Origin: Macrostomum lignano
Lineage: Eukaryota
Assembly (NCBI GenBank): GCA_002269645.1
Contig: NIVC01002050.1
Location: forward strand, 1 to 64,000
DNA: 64,000 nucleotides
Direction: 5' to 3'
Shown here: positions 34,901-47,728 of the stretch, piece after piece
Layout of the letters: each line of letters starts with the position of its first letter
Numbering within the stretch: position 1 is the stretch's first letter
Notes under the pieces: model-generated
Seen by the model: only the letters and a program-made list of their open reading frames with translations
Database searches by the model: none
Told to the model about the DNA's origin: nothing
Program-made: the position numbers and the translations under genes

Positions 34901-37437
34901 GTTGGCGATTGCGGCGCAGCCGCCAGTTTTGCACCAGATCGCCGAGCGGCTGCCGGCTGCGATGCCTCCTTCAGCGACGCCGCCGCTGCCTTCATTGTTG
35001 CAGCAGCCAACGGCTGAGGCACAACCGGCCGCCACCAGCGACACTTCTGCTGAATCCCGTCTGCGACCGGCGCCTCTGCCGCTGCTTCGGGCCAGTCTGC
35101 CGTTGACAGAGCGGCTGAGAGACTGGCTGGCTGATGATCAGGTGAGATTTCAGGTCCTCTCCCAGTTCTCTGCCAATCCTCTGCCAGTCGTCTGCCAATC
35201 CTCTCCCAGTCCTCTGCCAATCCTCTGCCAGTCCTCTGCCAGTCCTCTGCCAATCCTCTCCCAGTCGTCTCCCAGTCCACTCCAAGTCCACTCCCAGTCC
35301 TCTACCAGTCCTCTGCCAGTCCTCTCCCAGTCCTCTGCCAGTCCTCTCCCAGTCCTCTGCCAGTCCTCTGCCAGTCCTCTCCCAGTCCTCTGCCAGTCCT
35401 CTGCCAGTCCTCTCCCAGTCCTCTGCCAGTCCTCTCCCAATCCTCTGCCAGTCCTCTGCCAGTCCTCTCCCAGTCCTCTGCCAGTCCTCTGCCAGTCCTC
35501 TGCCAGTCCTCTGCCAGTCCTCTCCCAGTCCTCTGCCAGTCCTCTCCCAGTCCTCTGCCAGTCCTCTGCCAGTCCTCTCCCAGTCCTCTGCCAGTCCTCT
35601 GCCAGTCCTCTCCCAGTCCTCTGCCAGTCCTCTCCCAGTCCTCTGCCAATCCTCTGCCAGTCCTCTCCCAGTCCTCTGCCAGTCCTCTCCCAGTCCTCTG
35701 CCAGTCCTCTGCCAATCCTCTGCCAGTCCTCTCCCAATCCTCTGCCAGTCCTCTGCCAGTCCTCTCCCAGTCCTCTGCCAGTCCTCTGCCAGTCCTCTCC
35801 CAGTCCTCTGCCAATCCTCTCCCAGTCTTCTGCCAATCCTCTCCCAATCCTCTCCCAGTCCTCTCCGCTCTCCCAGTCCTCTCCCACTCCTCTGCCAATC
35901 CTCTCCCAGTCCTCTGCCAGTCCTCTGCCAATCCTCTCCCAGTCCTCTGCCAGTCCTCTGCCAATCCTCTCCCAGTCCTCTGCCAGTCCTCTGCCAATCC
36001 TCTGCCAATCCTCTCCCAGTCCTCTGCCAGTCCTCTGCCAATCCTCTCCCAGTCCTCTGCCAGTCCTCTGCCAATCCTCTGCCAATCCTCTCCCAGTCCT
36101 CTGCCAGTCCTCTGCCAATCCTCTCCCAGTCCTCTGCCAGTCCTCTGCCAATCCTCTGCCAATCCTCTCCCAGTCCTCTGCCAGTCCTCTGCCAATCCTC
36201 TCCCAGTCCTCTCCCAGTCCTCTCTCAGTCGTCTCTCCGATCCTGTCCACGGTTTTTTTGCTTCTCCCTTGCCTCCGTCTGTTAGGCAGCAACTATCCAG
36301 CTAAATATGAATGTGAAGCAGTTCAAACAGCGCCCCCAAGCCTCCCGACCCGCCTCCCCGTCGCCCACACCAGGATCTGGTGCTGAACCAGTGCAAACTG
36401 CTGCGCCTGCCTGTCGGGCCTCGGGCTACTGTGCTGGCCATCGCCGGAGACTATGCCGACTTTGACCCCGCTGCTGAGCAGGCCGGCGCCAACGACTTGG
36501 CGACTAGCAGAACGGCTCGCCGCGAGTTCTCAGACGGCCTAGTCGGCCTGTTCAACGCCTGCCTCGGCTGCCGGCTGCTGTACAAGTTCGAGAGGCCGCA
36601 GTACGCCGCCCTGATCCGTTCGCAGCGGTCCGCCCTGCCGGCCGGAGTCTACGGGGCCGCGCACCTGCTGCGCCTCGTGGCCTGTCTGCCGGAGCTGCTG
36701 CCGCTGGCCGCGCTGCCAGCCGGGCCAGCCGGCCGCCTACTCGACGAATGCCAGCGCTTTGTGGCGTGAGTGACAATGCATTATTTAGTTTCTAGTTTTG
36801 AGTTGTAGGGCTGTCTTCAAATTACAGTTTCTTTAAGCTATTTTTTGATTCACTGTGTCATTTTGGATTAGCTTTGTGTCATTTTTGATTAGCTGTGTGT
36901 CATTGTGGATTAGCTGTGTGTCATTGTGGATAAGCTTGTGTCAATGTGGATTAGCTGTGTGTCATTGTGGATTGGCTGTGTGTCATTGTGGATTAGCTGT
37001 GTGTCATTGTGGATTAGCTGTGTGTCAGTTTGGATTAGCAGTTTGTCAGTTCGCATTACTCGTAGCAGTGGGCCAATCTGGATTAGCAGTGTGTCAGTTC
37101 GGATTAGCATTGGGCCAATCTGGATTAGCAGTGTGTCAGTTCGGATTAGCATTGGGCCAATCTGGATTAGCAGTGTGTCAGTTCGGATTAGCATTGGGCC
37201 AATCTGGATTAGCAGTGTGTCAGTTCGGATTAGCATTGGGCCAATCTGGATTAGCAGTGTGTCAGTTCGGATTAGCTATGTGCCAAAAGCAACACTTCAG
37301 CTAAAAAAACACTAATTGTTTGATATCCCATAAACTCTGATTTCAGTTTCCTGGATGAGCGCTTTGACAGCTACCTATCAGTTAACAGCTACGAGGTCGC
37401 CCCGCCCGACTACCAGCGGCTGGCCCTGTGCATTTGA
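28989..37437 (+). CDS. MORF4L1: MRG15/MORF4L1 chromodomain plus MRG domain protein; exons 28989-29013, 34285-34331, 34434-34501, 34619-35141, 36374-36765, 37347-37437
   Basis: Spliced: MAKAKYSE|EEKILCFHGPLLYEAK|CLRVDFKDGQMKYFVHYQGWNK|NWDEWVTEAR...LRDWLADDQ|DLVLNQCKLLRLP...LLYKFERPQYA...VYGAAHLLRL...|FL...YEVAPPDYQR. Junction phases checked are consistent. Confidence 0.95.
29235..33449 (+). mobile_element. Apparently autonomous Sola2-like DNA transposon (4215 bp) in MRG15 intron 1; TSD ATAT
   Basis: Left end GGGTTATTCCATGA; right end reverse complement GGGTAATTCCACGA; ATAT at 29231-29234 and 33450-33453; encloses a transposase gene. Superfamily inferred from GRG termini, the 4-bp TSD and motifs. 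Confidence 0.85.
30191..32691 (+). CDS. Five-exon DDD transposase (exons 30191-30462, 30599-30985, 31076-31646, 31754-32109, 32236-32691); one frameshift in the G-run at 31909-31912
   Basis: Motifs HFDFSENY..Q..YW..NQVTIFT, SDSTDH, WSDGPASQFKN, WEFFATSHGKG(A)IDGLGGTLKR, IPGIKKLH. Four GT-AG introns in consistent phase. Confidence 0.88.
35150..36235. repeat. Intronic 11-bp-based minisatellite CCAGTCCTCT(G/C) (MRG15 intron 4)
   Basis: Tandem periodicity in intron 35142-36373. Confidence 0.95.
36850..37280. repeat. Intronic 21-bp repeat GGATTAGCTGTGTGTCATTGT changing into a 42-bp dimeric unit (MRG15 intron 5)
   Basis: Units share GGATTAGC; the right block has a period of 42 (2 x 21). Confidence 0.92.
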
Positions 37438-38458
37438 CCACCAGTAGGCCGCTGCTTCCGTATTTATGCCAATATTTTTATTTCTAATGTATCTATTAAC
37501 TGCGTCACCACTAGCTTATAAACTCCACGAAGTACCTGTATGTATGATTTATGTAACAGTGCCTGGCATCGCCTGCACTGCTGTTAGTCCATTGTTGCAT
37601 TGCTCTGTGTTAATTATTCATCCAAAACAAATGTCAGTTTTCGAAGACAAATGTCAGTGATCTCATTTCTCAGCAATCTAGACAAAGTGGCCTGTCATAG
37701 CTGATCGATATAACTTGTCACTGATATTTGTTTATGAAAACCCATCGTAGTTGCTTATTTATCCGATTTAAACTGTGACTGTTTGCTCTGAATCCTCGCT
37801 TATAATTATTATTAAGTTAATATGTGGCGTCCTTTTACACATTGCATTGGTTTAATTGTAAATTATAAATGATAGCCGCTTTGCTGCAGTGGCTTGTTAA
37901 TGCAACCGCTTTATACTGTTTGAATTAGTCGGCAAGCAATTGTAAACACTTATTAACTTAAATAAGAGTGGCTTGCGATGTCTTGTTTCTCTTTTATTGT
38001 ACACTTTGGTAATGTTAGCGTGACAGGAATCGCCTAGAGTCATTGCAAACAACTCGCTCGTGACTCTAGCAACTGCGTCGACTCTTGTGACTTTTTAACG
38101 ACTGTTATGCCACGGAGAGGCGACTGTTGAGTCACGAGTGCATCGCCTGAGTAGTAGAAGTCGCAAAAAGCTGTCGAGCTAGGACCAAATGCGATTCTAA
38201 TTCATAAAGTGGCACGAATGCACTTTGGACGCTACTGCGTCGTCATGAATGATGTTGCTATTTGTTCTTTTAAACAAGCTTGACTCAATTAAATTTAGGA
38301 GTATTGCACTTGATAAACCAAGCATTACTGCAGGGGGACAAAGCAAGATATAATTCTACACGTACAATCGTACATGTACATTATTTTCAGAATTGGTGTT
38401 GTCAGCGCTCATTTTGGCGCCGCAGACGCTATACTTTGTCGCTCTGAAGCATGCTTGG

Positions 38459-38607
38459 GCGCAACCTTGGGATTCACTCGGCCATTTCTATTGGCAACAC
38501 ACGTAAGTCGCTATTCGACGGAATAGTAGTCACGTGACTGTCTCAGCCAATAGCGACTTACATGTGTGTTGCCAATAGAAACGACCGGGTGATTCCCAAA
38601 GTTGCGC
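38459..38607. repeat. About 150-bp imperfect inverted repeat with central palindrome AGTCACGTGACT
   Basis: Left arm GCGCAACCTTGGGATTCACTCGGCCATTTCTATTGGCAACACACGTAAGTCGCTATT pairs with 38549-38607. Confidence 0.85.
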
Positions 38608-39712
38608 ATGTATGCTCTGAAGCAAAATTATTTATTTCCATAACAGGTCAAAAGGTTGGGCTGGAGGACAAAGCATTGACATGTCCCCCCTATCCCCCCC
38701 GGTGGAGACGCCCCTCCCCTACTCAGAGATTCTACAGGGACTCCAGCACGCCTCAAAGCGCCCCAGAATCTTTTCAGATTCGTAGGCACTTAAACGTTTC
38801 AAATTGACTTGGACGACTTGTATCGTGACTTATCATCGTTTTAGAAGTCGTCTGGTCGGTTTCATCGAGAGCTCAACATTAAAAGCGTCTGGGACTCTTG
38901 AGCCACGACCCCTGGTTCGATTCCTTTTAAAGAGTCTGGAAAATGAATGAACAAGTCCAGCGCGAGTTGGCATTTCAATCAGGAGGCAGAAAATTAATTT
39001 AACGGCCAGTTTTTTGTGCGCGTTTTTATTTTTAGTTGAATTCTTCACTCCCCGGTTTCCTTGGGGAACAAATCTCACAATCAATCCAGCAAGCGCATTA
39101 ATTGCCTAAGCTGGTTACTAATAGTAGTCTAATTGAAATGTCGGTAAATAATTTACGGATCAATCAGTTGCGCTCCAATCCATAATATACTCGTATAAGG
39201 TAATTTTGTAAAAGTGAGAAAACAAGGTGTGCAAAAATCAGCACTATATGAATTTGCAGGCACATTTCCGCTACTTCCATTTGTGGCATAGAGATACAAT
39301 ATAATAGAGGTGTAACAAATAGTGAGTTCTGAGTATTCGCCGGGGGCTGGGCGTCAACCACGCTGAAGAGTTGAATACGAATAAAGCGAGTTCAAAGTAC
39401 AGAGGGCATCAGTTACCTCAGACTGAAGAATCAGAAAACGGCCTGACGGCTGGCACAGAGACTGACAAGTACATGTAGAACAATGCAGTGCCGATAATGG
39501 GAATCATATTTATATAAGTTTGAAACACATACACTCGGCATACTACTCGCGCTTGATTAATAACACCATCTAAGAATGTTAATCAGTAATATATATTGAA
39601 AAAGCGTCATAAACTCAATTTATCCCAGATTGGGTTGGAGACAGGCCTATCAATCACAAAACAGATTAGTTTATTAATAGTAGATATGGCAGGAAAATGT
39701 CAACATTTTTCG

Positions 39713-42700
39713 TTAGTTGGAACTCTTCAGAATCTTCAGATAGGACTCCTGCACCCCGGAGTAAACCTCGGCGTGGCGAGACTTCAGACTGAGGGTGAAC
39801 GCGCCGCCGCTGATCTTCAGCTCGGCCAGCACCAGGATGCCGTTGCACAGCTTCATTGACTGGTAGAGCATCTCGATGCCGTCAACGCTGCGTCTGGCTA
39901 TGGTGAACACGTTGCACGACTGCAGCAGGTTGCTGACGGAGTCTGGGGAGTGCGAGTAGCTGCCCAGGCTGGTCTGCGACTCGCTGTCGGCCGGGATGTC
40001 CTTCCATGTGGACAGGAACACCCGCTTGTCCATGCCGCCCTCCTCGGTGAACAGAACGTGGATTGGCACCAAGCAGGAGAAGTAGAACACATCGATGTTG
40101 TTCTTCACGGCTACCTGAGTATGCGAGAAGTTTCGGGTGGAGAGATTGGGAGATTGGCGCGGCAGCTGGTCATGGCGATTCTGCTCATAGGTAGTTTGAT
40201 CATCGGGGATACTGGTCATGGGGATTCTGGTCATGGGGATTCTGGTCATGGAGATTCTGGTCATCGAGATTCTGGTCATGGGGATTCTGGTCATGGAGAT
40301 TGTGGTCATGGGTAGTTTGGTTTGGTCATTGGAGATTCTGGTCATGGGGATTCTGGTCATGGGTAGTTTGGTTTGGTCATTGGGGATACTGGTCATGGGG
40401 ATTTTGGTCATGGGATTCTGGTCATCGAGATTCTGGTCATCGAGATTCTGGTCATGGGGATTCTGGTCATGGGGATTTTGGTCATGGGGATTCTGGTCAT
40501 GGAGATTCTGGTCATGGGTAGTTTGGTTTGGTCATTGGGGATGCTGGTCAAGGGGATACTGGTCATGGGATTCTGGTCATGGAGATTCTGGTCATGGAGA
40601 TTCTGGTCATGGGGATTCTGGTCATAAGTAGTTTAATCGTGGAGATTCTGGTCATGGGGATTTTGGTCAGTGGTTGAGTATTCTGATCATAGGAATTCTG
40701 ATCATGGGTAGTCTGGTCAGAATGAGGTGAAAATTCTAAAAAAAACAGACGGACTCACCTGCAGATTAAGCAGCGGCTCCATTTTTTGCACCTGCCCTTT
40801 AGTGTGCAGAGGCAGCAGAGTGGTGGCGGTCTGCATCGGGGCCAGCGGATTCAGGCTCAGCGGCTGCGCCGGGGCCAGGCCGAAGCTGTTCTTATTGAAC
40901 TGAATAGCGAAGCCGCTCAGTTGCTGCATAGCGTTATTGCGCACCTGCAGCTCCATCTGAAGTTGGGCGCCGCGTCTCAGGAATCGGCCATCGATTTGCA
41001 TGCCTTTGCCGCGCTGGGCAGGCAGCCAGGACTCCAGCTGGGGGGTGAAGCCCGCCTGCGCTGACGGAGTGGCCGACAGGCCGCCGAATATGTCAGCCAG
41101 AGCGTCTACGCCTGAGCCGCCGCCGACTGCTGGCTGCTGCTGGGGCGGCTGCTGGGGCGCCGGACCGCCGAGTCCCAGCTGGTGGGATTGAAATCGGCGG
41201 AATATACAGATTGCAGCGTGCTTGAAGCTTTTGCACACGTTAAGGTCATTGGGTTATGCATTTTATAGGGGATGATTCGATTACGGGGCCGGGGGATATT
41301 TCGACTATGGGGGACAATCCAATCCAATTATGGGGATCATGCAATCCGATAATGGGGATAATCCAAACCAATTATGGGATAAACCAATACAATTATGGGG
41401 ATAATCCAATCCAATTATGGGGATAATCCAATCCAATTATGGGGATAATCCAATCCAATTATGGGGATAATCCAATCCAATTATGGGGATAATCCAATCC
41501 AATTATGGGGATAATCTAATCCAATTATGGGGATAATCCAATCCAATTATGGGGATAATCCAATCCAATCATGGGGATAATCCAATCCAATTATGGGGAT
41601 AATCCAATCCAATTATGGGGATAATCCAATCCAATTATGGGGATAATCCAATCCAATTATGGGGATAATCTAATCCAATTATGGGGATAATCCAATCCAA
41701 TTATGGGGATAATCCAATCCAATCATGGGGATAATCCAATCCAATTATGGAGATAATCCAATCCAATTATGGGGATAATCTAATCTAATTATGGGGATAG
41801 TCCAATCCAATCATGGGGATCATGCAATCTAATAATGGGGATAATCCAATTATAGGATAATCCAATCCAATTATGGGGATAATCCAATCCACTTATAGGG
41901 ATAATCCAATCCAATAATGGGGATAATCCAATCCAATTATAGGGATAATCCAATTATAGGATAATCCAATACAATTATGGGGATAATCCAATACAATTAT
42001 GGGGATAATCCAATCCAATTATGGGGATAATCCAATACAATTATGGGGATAATCCTATTGTGAGCTGCAAGGTATTCCGATCAAAAATGCATAAGCACAA
42101 TACTGAAACATGATTACAGCAGATTTCGTTGGGAAATATCGCACGCTCAAATAACATACAAGCGAGTCGAGGCCGTCGCCAAGCAGGTCCATCGCGTTCG
42201 ACTGACTGGGCACGGCCGGAGCCGCCGACTGCTGTGTAATCCCGCTGCCACCGCCTCCGCCCGACATGTCAATATCCAGCAGGTCACCAATCAACGAATC
42301 CTGCGTAGGAATAACGCTGACTGCTGGCTTGGCGTTCTGAGCGTTGTCGGTCGGAACGACTTCCGCACCGGCATCGGCGGCGCCTGTGGCCTCGGCCAGG
42401 GTTGGCGCCCGGCTCGGCAGGCCTTTGCGCTGAGCGGCCACGCGGCCGTCAACAAAGGCAGACGGTGGCCGGTGATAGACGGAGGCCAGGCTGCCGATGT
42501 GGCAGACCAGCTCGCCAAGGAGGCTGGGCTCCAGCAGGTCGGTCTCCTCGCTAATTAGCGGCTTCTCGGCCAGCACAACCTGCTTAGCGGCGGCCGGGTC
42601 AGTGGACAGCAGTCGCCAATAGATGTAGCCGCGATCGCGCAGGTCTGGATTGTCAGCCTCCTGAGTAGCCAGACTGAGCACCCGCTGCACCAGCTCCTGA

Positions 42701-45700
42701 GTGTCCGTCGGCCGCTTCAGAAACAGTTTAACCACCGCGGTGAGCAGCTGCAGCTGCACGGAGGTCTGCTCGTCGGCGAAGCCATCCAGGAACGACTCGA
42801 GCAGCTCGTCGGCGTTGTCGATGCGTTCCGCGTATTCGCCGATGATCCAGATCATGGAGGCGCGGGCTTCGGGCTCGTCAAGGGTGTCCAGATTCTCGCA
42901 CAGAGTCCCAATCACTGATTCGTACTTGTTCGGGTACTTGCGGAAAATGTCTTTGATGACTACGATGGCCTCCTGGACTACGTAGTTCACCTTGGTCTGG
43001 ATCAGGTCAAGCAGGGTGCTCACGCAGCGCTCGGCTGCCGACTCCACTTTGATGGCGCAGCGGCCGATGGCGCGGACCTGTTTATGGTAAAGGTAAAGGG
43101 ATGAAGCTTGGGATCTCGGATGAGGACTGGGGAGGAGAGGGCCGGGAGGACAGTGGACAAGGACATACCCGAGCAGCGTGAGTCACATATTCCAAACGCC
43201 CGAGCTGCATGAGTCACATACTTCACACACTCGAGCAGCATGAGTCACATACTCCACACACCTCGAGCAGCCCCAAAACAGCAAAGAAACTAACCGCTTT
43301 GCGAACAAAGTCCACGTCAACCTCTGTGGCGTACTCCTTAAGCTCAGCCAGCACATTAGCAATGTTAGCAGCCGAGGTCAGCCTGATGAGGATGTCCAGC
43401 TTCTCCAACTTTACGTAGATCGGATCGTTGTACTTGACAAAGAACACCTTGAGCTCGTGCTTTAGAATTTCCGGCCGCTTCTGCACAATGAGGTTGATGT
43501 TGCGCAGGGCAACATACTGGATCTCGTGCTCGCTAGATAACAGAGTGACGAGCGGGGCCGAAAGCTTTTTCACGGTGCTCTGAACAAAATCGCTGCCAGG
43601 CGTCAGCAGCTCCAGCAGTTTCATGATCACTTTGACGGCGCTGAGCACCACCGCTGCGTTGGCGTGCGCCAAACGGGGACAGACGCGCTCGATCATGCTG
43701 ACAGGGCGGGGATGGGGCGTTGAGACAGAGGACCAATCACTGGTTACCAATACTATAGTTTTTCTCATTTTTTCTAATCAGACTGCTCCCTTCTGACCAA
43801 TCAGAGACTGCTCCCCTCCTGACTCATCAGAGTCTGCTCCCTTCTGACCAATCAGACCAATCAGAGACTGCTCCCTTCTGAATAATCAGAGACTGCTCTC
43901 TTCTGACTAATCAGAGACTGCTCCCTTCTGACTAATCAGAGACTGCTCCCTTCTGACTAATCAGAGACTGCTCCCTCCTTACCCATCAGAGACTGCTCCC
44001 CTCCTGACTCATCAGAGTCTGCTCCCTTCTGACCAATCAGACCAATCAGAGACTGCTCCCTTCTGAATAATCAGAGACTGCTCTCTTCTGACTAATCAGA
44101 GACTGCTCCCTTCTGACTAATCAGAGACTGCTCCCTTCTGACCCATCAGAGACTGCTCCCTTCTGACCAATCAGAGACTGCTCCCTTCTGACCCATCAGA
44201 GACTGCTCCCTTCTGACCAATCAGAGACTGCTCCCTCCTGACTCATCAGAGACTGCTCCCTTCTGACCCATCAGAGACTGCTCCCTTCTGACCAATCAGA
44301 GACTGCTCCCTTCTGACCAATCAGAGACTGCTCCCTCCTGACTCATCAGAGACTGCTCCCTCCTGACCCATCAGAGACTGCTCCCTTCTGACTCATCAGA
44401 GACTGCTCCCTCCTGACTCATCAGAGACTGCTCCCTCCTGACCCATCAGAGACTGCTCCCTCCTGACCCATCAGAGACTGCTCCCTTCTGACCCATCAGA
44501 GACTGCTCCCTCCTGACCCATCAGAGACTGCTCCCTTCTGACCCAGAGACTGCTCCCTCCTGACCCATCAGACAGTTTATTTCTGACTAATCAGGCTGTT
44601 CCTTCCTGACCAATCACAGACTGCTTTTCTTTCTACCATCAGCACATATATTACAAACCTCTGCGCCTCATTCTCTTCCGACGGTGTATAGTTGGCGACC
44701 GCATCCAGGATAAACACTTGGCCCCATCTGTAGGCGGAATGAGTAGTTTTAAACAAATAAAATCAAACAATTTAAATAAAGATAGCACTAGGAAGAGTTA
44801 AAATTCAAACAAACACTCACTCGGTGCATTCGTTTAACGCAGTGAGCAGTTTATTAACCAGGTGCCCGCTCCAGGTGAGCATCCGAGCAGCGGCTTCAGT
44901 CTGGGCAGACTCGCCGATCTCAGTCATAGCGGCCACAGCGTTGGCAACCACCATGGGATTACTGTCAGCCAGGAGGTCCTTGAGCATGTCCAAGAAGCCC
45001 TGCTCCTCAACCAGCAGCGGGTCGATGTCGTGCAGCTTAGCAACGCACACAGCCGCAGTCTTGCGCACGTACGGGTCCTCATCTTTCAGGCATTTGCGCA
45101 ACGGGTCGCACAGATAGGCGGTGATCTCGTCAACCCGAATACAGCCGATGGTGCGCACGGCCAGAGCCCGGATTAACGGATTAGGATCTTCGCAGTCGCG
45201 CACAAAAGTGTTCACGGCCATGATGGCCTTGTCCGGCTGGGTCTTGGCGTAGTTCATCAGGTACAGATACACCAGCTTCTTCAGCTCCAGGTTGTCTGCC
45301 TGCATGCAGTTGACAACGTCGGGAAAGAGGGTGCTCACGTCTTTGCCTACGGTCATGCTGGCAATCACCTTCTTCACCGCCTCCTTGCGCTTGTCCTTGC
45401 GATCGCTGTTCAGCTCTGCTTTCAGCTCGAATATCTCACCTGACAGGTGGGTGACAGGCGGAGTTCGATTCAGACACGTGGACAGATCCGCCAATGCCCA
45501 CTGAAGGACTGGGATTGCAGTGCCAATGCCCAGTGAAGGACTGGGGGATTGCAGTGCCAATGCCCACTGAAGGACTGGGGGATTGCAGTGCCAATGCCTA
45601 CTGAAGGACTGGGGGATTGCAGTGCCAATGCCTACTGAAGGACAGGGGGATTGCAGTGCCAATGCCCACTGAAGGACTGGGGGATTGCAGTGCCAATGCC

Positions 45701-46281
45701 TACTGAAGGACTGGGGGATTGCAGTGCCAATGCCTACTGAAGGACTGGGGGATTGCAGTGCCAATGCCCACTGAAGGGCTGGGGGATTGCAGTGCCAATG
45801 CCCACTGAAGGGCTGGGGGATTGCAGTGCCAATGCCCACTGAAGGACTGGGATTGCAGTGCCAATGCCCACTGAAGGACTGGGGGATTGCAGTGCCAATG
45901 CCCACTGAAGGACTGGGGGATTGCAGTGCCAATGCCTACTGAAGGACTGGGGATTGCAGTGCCAATGCCCACTGAAGGACTGGGGGATTGCAGTGCCAAT
46001 GCCCACTGAAGGACTGGGGGATTGCAGTGCCAATGCCTACTGAAGGACTGGGGGATTGCAGTGCCAATGCCTACTGAAGGACTGGGGGATTGCAGTGCCA
46101 ATGCCCACTGAAGGACTGGGGGATTGCAGTGCCAATGCCCACTGAAGGACTGGGGGATTGCAGTGCCAATGCCTACTGAAGGACTGGGGGATTGCAGCGC
46201 CCACAAGAAAATACTGAGAAAAATGTACCATAATAAACTCTTACCCTTTCTGGTAGTTGTAAAGTACTTAGAGTCTGTCAT
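39713..46281 (-). CDS. AP2B1: AP-1/AP-2 beta subunit (beta-adaptin); exons 46281-46245, 45439-44821, 44727-44659, 43697-43295, 43077-42160, 41178-40759, 40114-39713
   Basis: [13 protein letters not shown]|[35 protein letters not shown]..., [34 protein letters not shown], clathrin-box-like LLDID, ear domain [10 protein letters not shown]. All junctions are GT-AG and in phase. AP1B1 versus AP2B1 cannot be distinguished (many invertebrates have a single shared beta). Confidence 0.96.
40185..40705. repeat. 15-bp minisatellite GGTCATGGGGATTCT (beta-adaptin intron 6)
   Basis: Tandem periodicity. Confidence 0.93.
41325..42055. repeat. 22-bp minisatellite ATCCAATCCAATTATGGGGATA (beta-adaptin intron 5)
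   Basis: Tandem periodicity. Confidence 0.95.
43175..43270. repeat. Short about 30-bp repeat, 3 diverged copies, CGAGCAGCATGAGTCACATA... (beta-adaptin intron 4)
   Basis: Three related units visible. Confidence 0.7.
43775..44600. repeat. 25-bp minisatellite GACCAATCAGAGACTGCTCCCTTCT (beta-adaptin intron 3)
   Basis: Tandem periodicity. Confidence 0.95.
45488..46200. repeat. 34-bp minisatellite CTGGGGGATTGCAGTGCCAATGCCCACTGAAGGA (beta-adaptin intron 1)
   Basis: Tandem periodicity. Confidence 0.95.
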
Positions 46282-47728
46282 CTTGCTCTGGGTGGTAACT
46301 TTATGCAGCCAAGGTCTGAAAAAAAAATAAAGCAACTAATTTTGTTTATAAGATTTGCATTTGTATAGCGTATAGGGAAAATACTCAATAGTATATAGGC
46401 TAAGGTGCTAGCAAAAGAGAAATCGATTGTGCATATGATAAGTGCAAAGGAAAATACTTTACCATTTAACCATAATTTAATAAGTTTTGCATGCAAATAG
46501 CACCGAAGTAGCAGAATTTTTTCCAGATCCAGTCTATTAAATTAAATATGTAATAATTAACATTTTGAAAAAAATTAAAGCATAACACTCATTAATATTT
46601 TTCAATGATTAAAATAAACTGTATATTAATAAAAATGAAAACCAAAACATAGACAAAAAGGAAGTTTATAGTAGGTGATTTCCAACAGTAGGATACAACA
46701 AGAAAATATAGAACACCAATTAAAATAAAAATTACAACATGAATAAATGAATTATGCTGTGGTTACCTGATATTACCAAGAGTATCAGATACTGATGCAG
46801 CTACACCTTGCATCTTTGCTGCAAAAATCAAATAACTAAGCAGTAGAAATTATTGACAAAATTGGAATGATTTTTAAGAAGTCAATTTTCAAACTATTGT
46901 TTAAAATTTTGTTTTAATGCAGTTAAATTTTTTTATAGTGTTTTTGAAAAAAAAATCAAGCTCAATGATGAAAAAATTTAACAGAGTTCCATTATAACCA
47001 AAAAATTTCCTATATCCATATAGGATATACAGCCATATCTAATGTTTTCCCATAGCTTATTTACATCTATATCCATATCTTTAGCTAATCAATTTTGTAT
47101 AACTTTCTTATACTTTTTAATGATAATAAATCCAATGGCAACAGTTTTTCTATTATTTACAATTGTAATAAAATAAAAAGTAATAACAATAGCTAAATCT
47201 ATTTATCACTCTTTAATAGGTCAGTCTCATTTATTTATATATTATATAAAAATAGCTAAGATTGCATTTATCTTAACTTTAGTCTTACTATCCCAAATAT
47301 AAAACAAGTATAACATTGTAAATCTCTATTGTTTGAGCCCCTAAACCCAGGGACTTAAAGCTTTCCTAGGCTATTTTCAATTTGTTTTAAAAATAAACAT
47401 ATTTATTTAAACTTTAGCTTTTTTCCTTATTAAAAGAATTCAATGAATTAATGAGGCAATTAGCCTTAAAAAGATAGTCATAAAGTTACTCTTGCCATTT
47501 ACCCAAAATTGCATTAATTTTTGTTTTAGGGTTTCCTTCACAAGTAAGTTTTGGTCAAAAAGTAAGTTGCATAGCAGGTATAAATCGGGGGGTTTCGCAT
47601 GTTTGTATTATATCTTTGTTTTATTGTTCTATTATTATTAGGCCTATATCTTGCTTATATTATATTATATATCAACCTAAACAAAAATATTATTTCATAG
47701 CTATCTCAATTATTGCCCATGTTGTCAT

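Noticed and set aside
34599-36386. 595-aa ORF with QSSASPLPVL repeats
   Set aside because: Read-through of MRG15 exon 4 into a stop-free intronic repeat; the GT donor at 35142 and acceptor at 36373 restore the MRG domain.
39898-45504. Antisense and alternate-frame ORFs overlapping beta-adaptin exons (and likewise VPS54, pol and ORF2)
   Set aside because: Shadow ORFs expected in GC-rich coding sequence.
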